From Fibrobacteria bacterium (lineage in GTDB: Bacteria; Fibrobacterota; Fibrobacteria; UBA11236; JADFYW01), in assembly GCA_050294405.1 (NCBI GenBank), contig JBNKOC010000006.1, forward strand, positions 1-24,174: a stretch of DNA of 24,174 nucleotides, given 5' to 3'. The stretch's first letter is position 1, and each line of letters opens with the position of its first letter. Below the pieces are notes generated by a model. It was not told where the DNA came from. It saw only the letters and a program-made list of their open reading frames with translations, and ran no database searches. The position numbers and the translations under genes were made by a program. This document shows, one piece after another, positions 1 through 7,191 of this stretch.

Positions 1-141
1 TATGAATGGAAAAACACCGTTACAGATGTTTACTACAGGTATAAAAAAGTCCATTAAGAAAAAGGAGCCTTTGAAACAAGCCGCCTAATATGTATCTTTA
101 ACTCTTGGAGACTTGTGTCAGGTAATAACGATCACAATACA
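1..141 (+). mobile_element. Right end of an IS481-family element: transposase C-terminus (2..88) and right terminal IR (116..141)
   Basis: Frame 2 reads MNGKTPLQMFTTGIKKS...AA* (GxTP motif typical of IS481 transposase ends). It is followed by TGTCAGGTAATAACGATCACAATACA, which ends in ACA like IS481 TGT...ACA termini. Confidence 0.7.
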
Positions 142-142
142 T

Positions 143-232
143 TATATAAGTGTGGAAAAGTTAAGCCCAAAAAAAGCGGTCACTTCCTCACCTAAAAAAG
201 TAAAGAAAACTGCCAAAAAACGTAAAAAATAA
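143..232 (+). pseudogene. Lys-rich 3' remnant of a gene interrupted by the IS481 element
   Basis: An open frame right after the IS end reads YISVEKLSPKKAVTSSPKKVKKTAKKRKK*, resembling a basic C-terminal tail. Confidence 0.4.
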
Positions 233-370
233 CGGATTTTTATCCTAAAACAACAATTATCAAGAATTGCTGGATTTAAAAACTTCCAGAATCATATTTT
301 GAAATTATTTTTAAGGCTATAACTCTTGTATATAAAATGAGCCTTAAAACCTTAAATAATAAAAATTCGA

Positions 371-487
371 ATTTAACAATTCATTGGAGCTGAGCTGGGC
401 GTCAAAAATTACACCCAAATTTCTATGGTAAAATTTAGAAATTTGGGCTTGGACTCTGAATTCCACCAGCTCAATTCCGTGTTATCC
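371..487 (+). repeat. Integron attC recombination site (complete)
   Basis: R'' ATTTAAC (371-377), spacer AATTC, L'' ATTGGAGC (383-390, one extra base relative to L'), perfect 12-bp inner inverted repeat CCCAAATTTCTA/TAGAAATTTGGG (414-425/436-447), L' GCTCAAT (469-475), 5-bp spacer, R' GTTATCC (481-487). Confidence 0.85.
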
Positions 488-601
488 ACAAAAATTTATT
501 CGAGCCTATTTTCAAAAAAATTCGAAAGAATTGGATGACAGTCCATATCTTAAAAGTCAACAAACAACCAGTTTTTCAAAAATCGCATTATCAAAAAAAA
601 A

Positions 602-650
602 GTAGGAAATTCCTACATTTTTTCGTATATTTTTAGTAGGAATTTCTTAT
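602..650 (+). promoter_or_regulatory. Two palindromic operator-like boxes upstream of the TA operon
   Basis: GTAGGAAATTCCTAC (602-616) and GTAGGAATTTCTTAT (636-650) lie just before RBS GGAGG (652-656), the usual layout for antitoxin autorepression. Confidence 0.65.
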
Positions 651-661
651 CGGAGGTTTAA

Positions 662-934
662 ATGTCTTCAAGCTTACAGATAACCAGTATGACCACAAAA
701 GGGCAAATTGTAATTCCAAACGAGATAAGGAAAGAACTTAGCGTAGCGTCTGGTTCAAAATTTGTTGTGTTGACGGATGGTAAAAACATATTGTTAAAAC
801 CCATTCAAAAGCCAAAAATTGAACAATTCAAGGATCTTCAAAAAAAATCTCAAGCAATTACAAAACAACTTGGAATTAAAAAGTCAGACTTACCCAAGCT
901 AATTAAAAAGGTCAGGCGTGAAAATCATAATTGA
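662..934 (+). CDS. AbrB/MazE/SpoVT-family antitoxin
   Basis: MTTKGQIVIPNEIRKEL...ILLKP swapped-hairpin motif, a GGAGG RBS, and overlap with the downstream PIN gene start. Confidence 0.9.
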   Translation: MSSSLQITSMTTKGQIVIPNEIRKELSVASGSKFVVLTDGKNILLKPIQKPKIEQFKDLQKKSQAITKQLGIKKSDLPKLIKKVRRENHN

Positions 935-1297
935 CACTAATGTTTTGGTTTCCGGTTTAGTTTGGGGCGGAAAACCAGGAGAAGTAATCGAATTAACAAT
1001 AGAAGCAAATTTGGAAGTTTTCGCTACCGAAAATATGATGCACGAATATTTTAGAATTTTAGAGAAATTGAAAAAAACAACCCCTCTCTGATCAATCAGT
1101 GGAAAATGTTTCTTCTTGATGTTTTTTCACTAGTAGAACCTACTGAAAAAATTAAAGAATGTAGAGATCCAAAAGACAATATGTTTTTAGAATGCGCAAT
1201 AGCAGCCGATTCAAGCATAATTATTTCTGGAGATAAAAATTTATTATCAATGAACCCCTTTAGAAATATTGAAATTCTAAATGTTAATAATTTTTAA
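918..1297 (+). pseudogene. PIN-domain (VapC-like) toxin, frameshifted at an A7 run (1071-1077)
   Basis: GTG at 918 gives MKIIIDTNVLVSGLVWGGKP... with a stop at 1089-1091. The -1 frame continues ...CRDPKDNMFLECAIAADSSIIISGDKNLL (PIN motifs). One extra A restores a ~126-aa ORF. Confidence 0.85.
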
Positions 1298-1332
1298 AGA
1301 AATATATAAACTAAAATTTGGAAATTAAATTT

Positions 1333-1438
1333 GAATAACAATTCATTGGAGTTGAGCTGGGTGTCATAGATTTCGCCCAAATTTCTATGGTAAAATTTAG
1401 AAATTTGGGCTTGGACTCTGAATTCCGCCAGCTCAATT
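1333..1438 (+). repeat. attC site of the TA cassette, R' box lost at the IS3 junction
   Basis: 1336-1438 matches 374-476 at 96/103 nt. R'' GAATAAC is complementary at 6/7 positions to GTTATCC (481-487). The IS3 IR starts 1 nt after L' (1431-1437). Confidence 0.85.
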
Positions 1439-1477
1439 TGTAGTCCCCTCATTTTTAATCGAAGTTATAGGTAGAAT

Positions 1478-1747
1478 TTAAGCTATTTCCAATGCCATTC
1501 TTGGGGGTAGTCCTCCATTTGCCTTATGAGGGCGTTCATTATTATAACTCCATAACAATTTTGTGGCAATATCTTGAGCTTGCTGAATGGTTTGAAATAT
1601 ATTTAAATCTAGTCATTTATGACGTGCTGTTTTATTGAACCTTTCCACATATGAATTCTGAGTTGGCTTTCCAGGCTGAATATATTGAATTGTTATTTCG
1701 TTATCCGTTGCCCACCTCACCAATTTCGCACTGATGTATTCGGGACC
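1478..1747 (-). pseudogene. IS3 orfB C-terminal part (integrase core)
   Basis: GPEYISAKLVRWA...IQPGKPTQNSYVERFNKTARHK*LDL...YNNERPHKANGGLPP; internal TGA at 1613-1615. Confidence 0.9.
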
Positions 1748-1842
1748 ATAGTACCTTAGAAAGGATATTTTTAGTGGGTCCAAAGCCGGACCTGGACGTA
1801 TTTTGAGTTTACCTATTTAATCTCAAATTTGGAGGTCCGACT

Positions 1843-3087
1843 ATGGATAAGAAAAAAAATACATCAAATTCAACTGTTTGGGTAGCAATAGATATATCCA
1901 AACACTTCCATCAAATACTTGTTTCTTCTGAAAATAATAAAAAACGAGTATTTAAAATTTCCAATACTATGGAAGGTTTTAACCGGCTGAAAGATGAAAT
2001 TTTCCGATTCGGTAAAATTGCTATTGCAGACTTAGAGCCTACAGGAAATTACCACAGAGCGCTTGCATATTTCCTTCAAAAATCTGGGATTAAGGTTGTT
2101 AATATTTCCTCGGTGGCCTTAGCCAGAACAAGAGAGGTTATTCATAATTCTTGGGATAAAAATGACCCCAAAGATGCCAGCGTCATTTTACATTTATTAA
2201 AACAAAATCAGACTCAGTATTATTTTGATCCGGTGCTCGAAGGAACTAATGATATTCAAGAAATTTCTAAGACTTACACACAAATTGCACAACGGAAAAT
2301 GAAAGTTCAGCATAGTATCTTAAACCATTATTTACCTCTATATTTTCCAGAAATGGAGAAGTTTTTGAATTCGAATAGAGCTTATTGGTTTGGAAACTTA
2401 CTAATAGAATTCCCCTTACCTAAAATGATTTCGAAATTCTCATTCAAAGAATTTAAGGAAAAGGCTTGGAGCTTAATTCCAAGCAAAGCCCGGAAGGATA
2501 GTCTTTTAGTTAATATATATGAAGTAGCTTCAAAGAGCGTGGGTTTACCTGTTCCAGAAAATTCTGAATCAGTTAATATGTTTCGAACAATACTAAAAGA
2601 ACACCTTGATTTATCAATTACTCGTAGAAATTTAGAAAAAAATGCAGATAATTTATTGATGGACAATCCAGATTATAAACTTTTAAAATCTATACCAGGA
2701 ATGGGATCTGTAAGCGCACTTTCAGTTCTTGCCGAAGCGGGTGATTTAAGGAGGTTTCGTCATTATAAACAATTTTTAAAGTTTTGTGGATTCGATTTAT
2801 CAACTCAAAGGTCTGGAATGTATAGAGGAGTATCAAAACTTTCAAAAAGAGGAAACGCACGATTACGGACTGTTTTTTGGCTCGCCGCTACAACTGCAAT
2901 AAGGTTAGAAGAAAATTCATTTCGAGATAAGTTCACAAGGTATATTAAATCTGATCCAAAAAATAAGGATTTAAAAAGAAAGGTCTATACTGCTGTATCA
3001 GCAAAAGTGGCAAGGGTAGCTCATGGAATTATTAAATCTGGAAAACCCTATCAGCGATATTATGGTTCAAATTTAATAAGCGGATGA
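1843..3087 (+). CDS. IS110-family DEDD recombinase/transposase
   Basis: AIDISK, LEPTGNY and KNDPKD (DEDD RuvC-like domain); SIPGMG, QRSG and SKRGNARLR (C-terminal Tnp20 domain); RBS GGAGG upstream; appears intact. Confidence 0.95.
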   Translation: MDKKKNTSNSTVWVAIDISKHFHQILVSSENNKKRVFKISNTMEGFNRLKDEIFRFGKIAIADLEPTGNYHRALAYFLQKSGIKVVNISSVALARTREVIHNSWDKNDPKDASVILHLLKQNQTQYYFDPVLEGTNDIQEISKTYTQIAQRKMKVQHSILNHYLPLYFPEMEKFLNSNRAYWFGNLLIEFPLPKMISKFSFKEFKEKAWSLIPSKARKDSLLVNIYEVASKSVGLPVPENSESVNMFRTILKEHLDLSITRRNLEKNADNLLMDNPDYKLLKSIPGMGSVSALSVLAEAGDLRRFRHYKQFLKFCGFDLSTQRSGMYRGVSKLSKRGNARLRTVFWLAATTAIRLEENSFRDKFTRYIKSDPKNKDLKRKVYTAVSAKVARVAHGIIKSGKPYQRYYGSNLISG

Positions 3088-3224
3088 AACTGTTCTGGTA
3101 CGGGCCGTTGAGGCATAGACCTCGTAGATAATGTTTGGTTCTTCCGCCTGAATTTAATTCTGTTTTAAGTGATGTTATAGCTTCCAATTTGGAATGACTT
3201 TTTGTTACTATGGTTAGAGTAAAT
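3080..3224 (+). ncRNA. Candidate bridge RNA / seekRNA of the IS110 element
   Basis: Two consecutive predicted stem-internal-loop domains. Loop 1 (stem GCGGA 3080-3084/TCCGC 3143-3147, inner hairpin GAGG/CCTC) carries GGGCCG and GATAATG, which match the target. Loop 2 (stem 3152-3162/3215-3224, inner hairpin TTCCA/TGGAA) carries TACTATG, complementary to the circle junction. Folded by eye. Confidence 0.7.
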
Positions 3225-3236
3225 ATCAAAAGGGTG

Positions 3237-4561
3237 GAGGGTGTAAAAAAGATTGTGTAAACGGCCATAATTGAAAGATTAATTTCTAAAATAGAAAGGA
3301 ATAATTATGGCAATCAAGCAAGAGATTCTTGAAGAACTGCTCAAAGACTGCAAAACTCCAGAAGATATGTTTGGTCCAAAGGGACTCTTACACCAACTTA
3401 AACGTGCCCTGGTTGAAAAAGCTCTTGAAGGAGAAATGGACCACCATCTGGGCTATGAAAAGCATTCACCCCATGGCAATAATTCTGGAAATTCACGAAA
3501 CGGTAAATTTCCTAAAACCCTAAAGGATAAAAATGGTGAGTATACTATAAAAGTCCCCAGAGACAGAAGGGGTGAATTTGAGCCCAAATTTGTAAAAAAG
3601 GGTCAAAGACGCTTAGATGGTTTCGATGAAAAAATCATTTCCATGTATGCCAGGGGAATGACTGTAAGGGACATACAAGCCCACCTTGAAGAAATTTACG
3701 GCACAGATGTGAGTGCTGATTTAATTTCCACAGTTACAAACGAAGTCATGGAAGAAGTAGTAGCCTGGCAAAACCGGCCGCTTGATAATATATACCCCAT
3801 TGTATTCCTAGATGCCCTCAGGGATAAAATCCGACATGAAAGAACAGTCATCAATAAAGCCATTTACCTCGCCATCGGCATCAATATGGAGGGAATGAAA
3901 GAGGTCTTGGGCCTTTGGATAGCACAAACTGAGGGTGCTAAATTCTGGCTCCAGGTAGTCACTGAAATCAAAAATCGAGGTGTGAACGATATTCTCATTG
4001 CCAGTGTGGACGGATTAAAAGGCTTTCCAGAGGCCATTGAGTCTGTATTTAAAAATACCTCTGTCCAAATATGTATAGTCCATATGGTAAGAAATTCTCT
4101 CAAGTTCGTACCGTTCAAAGACAGAAAAATTCTAGCAACTGACCTTAAGGCTATTTACAAATCTGTCAATGTAAGGCAAGCCGAACTGGCCCTTACATCA
4201 TTCGAAAAAAAGTGGGACAAGAAATATCCAACCATTTCTAAGTCCTGGAGGTCGAACTGGGATAAGATTACAGTTTTTATGGATTTTCCGGAAGAACTCC
4301 GCAAGGTCATTTATACAACGAATGCGATAGAGTCCCTAAATATAACTCTGAGAAAGGTCATAAAAAACTGCAGTTCCTTTCCCAATGATGATTCCGCATT
4401 AAAAATGTTATACTTAGCGCTTAAGAACATCAAGAAAAAATGGACTATGCCAATCCGGGACTGGGGTGCTGCCATCAATCAGTTTGCGATTAAATTTGAA
4501 GGAACGGTGACAATTAATTAAATATGTATACGGTCGTTTACACAAAGAAAATTACACCCTC
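3237..4561 (+). mobile_element. IS256-family element, complete, 1325 bp
   Basis: 30-bp IRs GAGGGTGTAA-n6-TTGTGTAAACG(G/A)CC and an 8-bp TSD AAAGGGTG at 3229-3236 and 4562-4569. Confidence 0.95.
3307..4521 (+). CDS. IS256-family (mutator) DDE transposase
   Basis: HLGYEKH, NSRNG, VPRDR, FLDA, VDGLKGF, QICIVH and YTTNAIES motifs; full length. Confidence 0.97.
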   Translation: MAIKQEILEELLKDCKTPEDMFGPKGLLHQLKRALVEKALEGEMDHHLGYEKHSPHGNNSGNSRNGKFPKTLKDKNGEYTIKVPRDRRGEFEPKFVKKGQRRLDGFDEKIISMYARGMTVRDIQAHLEEIYGTDVSADLISTVTNEVMEEVVAWQNRPLDNIYPIVFLDALRDKIRHERTVINKAIYLAIGINMEGMKEVLGLWIAQTEGAKFWLQVVTEIKNRGVNDILIASVDGLKGFPEAIESVFKNTSVQICIVHMVRNSLKFVPFKDRKILATDLKAIYKSVNVRQAELALTSFEKKWDKKYPTISKSWRSNWDKITVFMDFPEELRKVIYTTNAIESLNITLRKVIKNCSSFPNDDSALKMLYLALKNIKKKWTMPIRDWGAAINQFAIKFEGTVTIN

Positions 4562-4599
4562 AAAGGGTGGGAGCCGCTTAAAAAATATCAAAATATACC

Positions 4600-4605
4600 T
4601 TGACA
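4600..4605 (+). promoter_or_regulatory. -35 hexamer TTGACA of the IS110 circle-junction promoter (paired with -10 TACCTT at 1752-1757)
   Basis: Joining 4618 to 1748 gives TTGACA + 13 + 4 = 17 nt + TACCTT, pointing into the recombinase gene. Confidence 0.75.
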
Positions 4606-4618
4606 TCTAACTTAGTAC

Positions 4619-5179
4619 GTTGTCGCATCTAATGGCTGTTTGCTTACCCCTCCATTCTATGATTTGTTCCAAACTTCAAATAACTCGTTCAAATGGGAGA
4701 GAAAAATCAACATCAATACCTAGCCCCTCTCTTTTAAAATCATCTATTACATTAAAGGTTCGAATAGTTCTTCCATTGGAAAGGCTGTCGCTCATAAAGT
4801 CCATGGACCACACCTGGTTTTGAGAAGTTGGTGTTGCCAATGCATCGGGCTTGTCCCTTTTTATTCTCCTTTTGGGCTTAATTCTAAGGTTCAGCTCTAG
4901 TTCACGGTATATGCGATAGACACGCTTATGATTCCATATGAACTGCTTTACATTGCGCAAATAATCAAAGCAAAGTCCAAAGCCCCAGCGATGTTTAAAA
5001 GGCTCGTTCACCAGTTGGATGAGCCAGTTGGCAATAGTTTCATTTTCAGTACTATTTATTTTTGAGTACCGATAGCAGGATTCACTGATGCTACAAATTT
5101 CACAGGCCATTTTGATACTAATACCTTTTTTTGAAACAGTTTTAAGGGCGACCTCACGACGCTGAGACAGCCTTACCAC
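4619..5179 (-). pseudogene. IS3 orfB N-terminal part
   Basis: WNHKRVYRIYRELEL, NQVWSMDFMSD and TFNVIDDF motifs. A premature TGA at 4676-4678 is followed by SLEQIIEWRGKQTAIRCDN up to the IS110 junction. Confidence 0.92.
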
Positions 5180-5439
5180 TTTTTTTCAATTATCTCCTGC
5201 ACAATCTCTGCCTTAAGCTTTTCCTCAGCATACATTTTCTTAAGACGGGTATTTTCAATTTCCAATTCTTTAAGCCGCTTTATCATTGAAGCATCCATCC
5301 CACCAAATTTGGAGCGCCATCGGTAAAATAGGGCCGTACTCATTCCATGTTCCCGACAAAGATCTGCTACAGATACACCCGCTTCATTTTTTTTGAGAAT
5401 AGCCATTATCTGGCTTTCCGAATATTTTGATTTTTTCAT
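5173..5439 (-). CDS. IS3 orfA (HTH) with A-AAA-AAG -1 frameshift motif at 5185..5179
   Basis: MKKSKYSESQIMAILK...DLCREHGMS..FYRWRSKFGGM; ends GAA AAA AAG TGG TAA, overlapping orfB. Confidence 0.93.
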   Translation of the reverse strand: MKKSKYSESQIMAILKKNEAGVSVADLCREHGMSTALFYRWRSKFGGMDASMIKRLKELEIENTRLKKMYAEEKLKAEIVQEIIEKKW

Positions 5440-5509
5440 AGAATCTCCTTTGTTAAATTTAACAAGAATTTTCTACTTATAACTCCGCTGGTTTTTCGGG
5501 GGGACTACA

Positions 5510-5974
5510 GGTGGACCAGGATGTTTCCAACGCCTGAACTGGTTATACTTCGCAATACGACCATGTTCTTTTAAAATGTTATGGATGGTGGAGGGGCTGG
5601 GTATTTGTAGATGTGGATATTTTAATTCGAGGTGTCCATGGATTTTCTTATTGTGCCAACCTTTATGTTCATTAAGCTCTAGTATAAAGTTTCGCACCTT
5701 ATCAGAAGTCCTGAAAGGAGAGGTAAGGGGATGGCTAGACCTGTCTTCTAACCCTTTCCACTCGCTCAAATCTAAGCGATTTAACCACTTGTCAAAAGTG
5801 GGTCTGGACACCCCGTATATGTCGCAAATGGCGCTTTTTGAGTAATTTCCAGTATGAAACTCTTTTATTGCAGCGAACCTTTGAGGCATTTTGCTATTTT
5901 CACTCCATGGCACTTTGACCTCCTTTTGAGGCAAAATTTAATGTGAAGTGTAAACGAGGTCTCTAGATTTTACA
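5510..5974 (-). mobile_element. Left portion of a second, different IS481-family element; transposase (GTG at 5913) truncated by IS3
   Basis: Terminal TGTAAAATCTAGAGACCTCGTTTACA, RBS AAGGAGG, and protein (M)PWSENSKM..RF...ICDIYGVSRPTFDKWLNR...GLEDRSSHP...PSPSTIHNILKEHG. The catalytic domain is missing. Confidence 0.85.
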
Positions 5975-6036
5975 ACAATTCATTGCAGCAGGGCTGGGCA
6001 TCATAAAGTGCGCCGAAATTTCTATACTGAAAATTT
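5974..6036 (+). repeat. Third, divergent half attC (left arm only)
   Basis: AACAATTCATTGcagcagGGCTGGGcaTCATAaagtgCGCCgAAATTTCTATactgAAAATTT aligns with 1337-1398. The R'' box is cut by the IS481 end, and similarity stops at the hairpin loop. Confidence 0.7.
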
Positions 6037-6039
6037 CCG

Positions 6040-7086
6040 CTATTCGAAATATTCAAAAGCATCAATTATATCCAGGTAAACTCCATCGAATCCCGCTTCT
6101 AAAATTTTCTTCAAATAAGACTCATCATTTCCGTATATTATATTTTTCCATTCAGAGTCCCAATAGCGGACTTTATAATTGCCGGACCAGTCGGGGTTTT
6201 CTTTTCCAATCCAGGAAGGAGTTCCAACTTTCCATTTAGAATTCCAGTAATATCGATAATTTTCAGCCTCGCCTATACTCATATAGGAAATTACCAATCG
6301 GGTACCTCCGTTTTGTTTACGAGTTAAAGCACTTATATCGGATTTTGTAAACTGAACGTCATCAGAATCAAACATATCTATAATAATAACATCATAATTG
6401 GTGGCTTGCACTGCAGTAATAAAAGCTTGTTTGTTTGTAAAAAGGGAAGGATCAAGTAAGTAAAGAAAATTCTTCGCTTCCTTTAATGAGGTAATTTCGT
6501 CATCATTTTCCTTAAAAGGCATCGAAGGATAATTAGGTATATTATTCAACTCCCGTTTATCTGCGGCAAAAGAAATATATCTCTTTGCCGCATTCCAGGA
6601 ATAAGATGAATCCATTTTGCTATGGTCCCAGCAATAATCAGTAACGAGCACCCGCAGTCCATTTTCCCTTGCAATATCCATAAAGGCCAACATATAATCG
6701 CGGTCATTAGATGGAGTCAACTGGTTGTCATCATTATACCCGTAGAATAGATCCTCCCGTCCAATCCCATCAATAGCATTTATATAATCTGCGGATATAT
6801 TGCCACCCTCATCCCCGTTTGAAGTTAGAAGCTCGTGGCCGTTCTGGGGAATGACTACAAAGTCGCTATCAATGTTTCTGGCATATGAGCTTATATCTTG
6901 CACAAACTCCCGCATTTTTTGTTTGTAGTCAAGATTTGGGATCTTTTCCTCTTCTTCGGGATCATCTACACAAGAAAGAAAAAATAATGAAACTAATAAT
7001 ATCAATACACATGTAGCAAATTTAGCTGTAACATGAATAAAATCAAATATCCTTAGCAAAAAGAGAATGGATACCTGAACAATCAT
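6040..7086 (-). CDS. Endo-alpha-1,4-polygalactosaminidase-like glycoside hydrolase (GH114/GH166, TM1410-like), probable lipoprotein
   Basis: IPQNG.EL, IDGIGREDLFYGY, ISYMSIGEAENYRYYW, ENPDWSGNYKVRYW and GFDGVYLDIIDAFEY motifs; hydrophobic stretch ending LSC. True start uncertain. Confidence 0.85.
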   Translation of the reverse strand: MIVQVSILFLLRIFDFIHVTAKFATCVLILLVSLFFLSCVDDPEEEEKIPNLDYKQKMREFVQDISSYARNIDSDFVVIPQNGHELLTSNGDEGGNISADYINAIDGIGREDLFYGYNDDNQLTPSNDRDYMLAFMDIARENGLRVLVTDYCWDHSKMDSSYSWNAAKRYISFAADKRELNNIPNYPSMPFKENDDEITSLKEAKNFLYLLDPSLFTNKQAFITAVQATNYDVIIIDMFDSDDVQFTKSDISALTRKQNGGTRLVISYMSIGEAENYRYYWNSKWKVGTPSWIGKENPDWSGNYKVRYWDSEWKNIIYGNDESYLKKILEAGFDGVYLDIIDAFEYFE

Positions 7087-7191
7087 AACTTACAGCTGTG
7101 ACCTGAAACTGCCTAAACCATACTCCTTTTGGACTGGATTTAAATGTATTTTTTAGTCGCTAACGTAAAATTAAAAAACAAATTTGGAAAT

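Larger units (their letters stand above)
1748..4618 (+). mobile_element. IS110-family element (long 3' non-coding end, IS1111-like layout), ~1538 bp without the nested IS256
   Basis: Removing 1748-4618 rejoins IS3 orfB in frame (…CDN|GPEY…). There is no TSD, and both ends carry TAGTAC (1749-1754, 4613-4618). Confidence 0.9.
1439..5509 (-). mobile_element. IS3-family element (IS407-like), 1200 bp once the nested IS110/IS256 are removed; inactive
   Basis: Imperfect ~38-bp IRs TGTAGTCCCC...AGTTATA(A/G)GTAGAA at 1439 and 5509, plus orfA and a split orfB. No target-site duplication. Confidence 0.9.

Noticed and set aside
371..1438. 103-bp repeats read as CRISPR repeats, terminators or MITEs
   Set aside because: They are too long and too widely spaced for CRISPR and have no TSD or U-tract. 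The R/L box grammar and core-site complementarity fit attC better.
3096..3102. TGGTACG as left donor guide (similar to TAGTACG at the right junction)
   Set aside because: It lies in the target-loop domain next to the left target guide rather than in the donor loop, so the short match may be chance.
3032..3268. 78-aa minus-strand ORF over the IS110 3' end
   Set aside because: It crosses the IS256 junction, has no recognisable motif, and is antisense to the predicted RNA.
5473..5934. 153-aa ORF as a complete protein
   Set aside because: The real start is GTG 5913 after AAGGAGG, and the last residues are read-through into the IS3 IR.
1..5974. The two IS481 pieces as ends of one element or a composite transposon
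   Set aside because: Their IRs differ beyond TGTA, and their orientations do not bracket the interval as left and right ends of one element.
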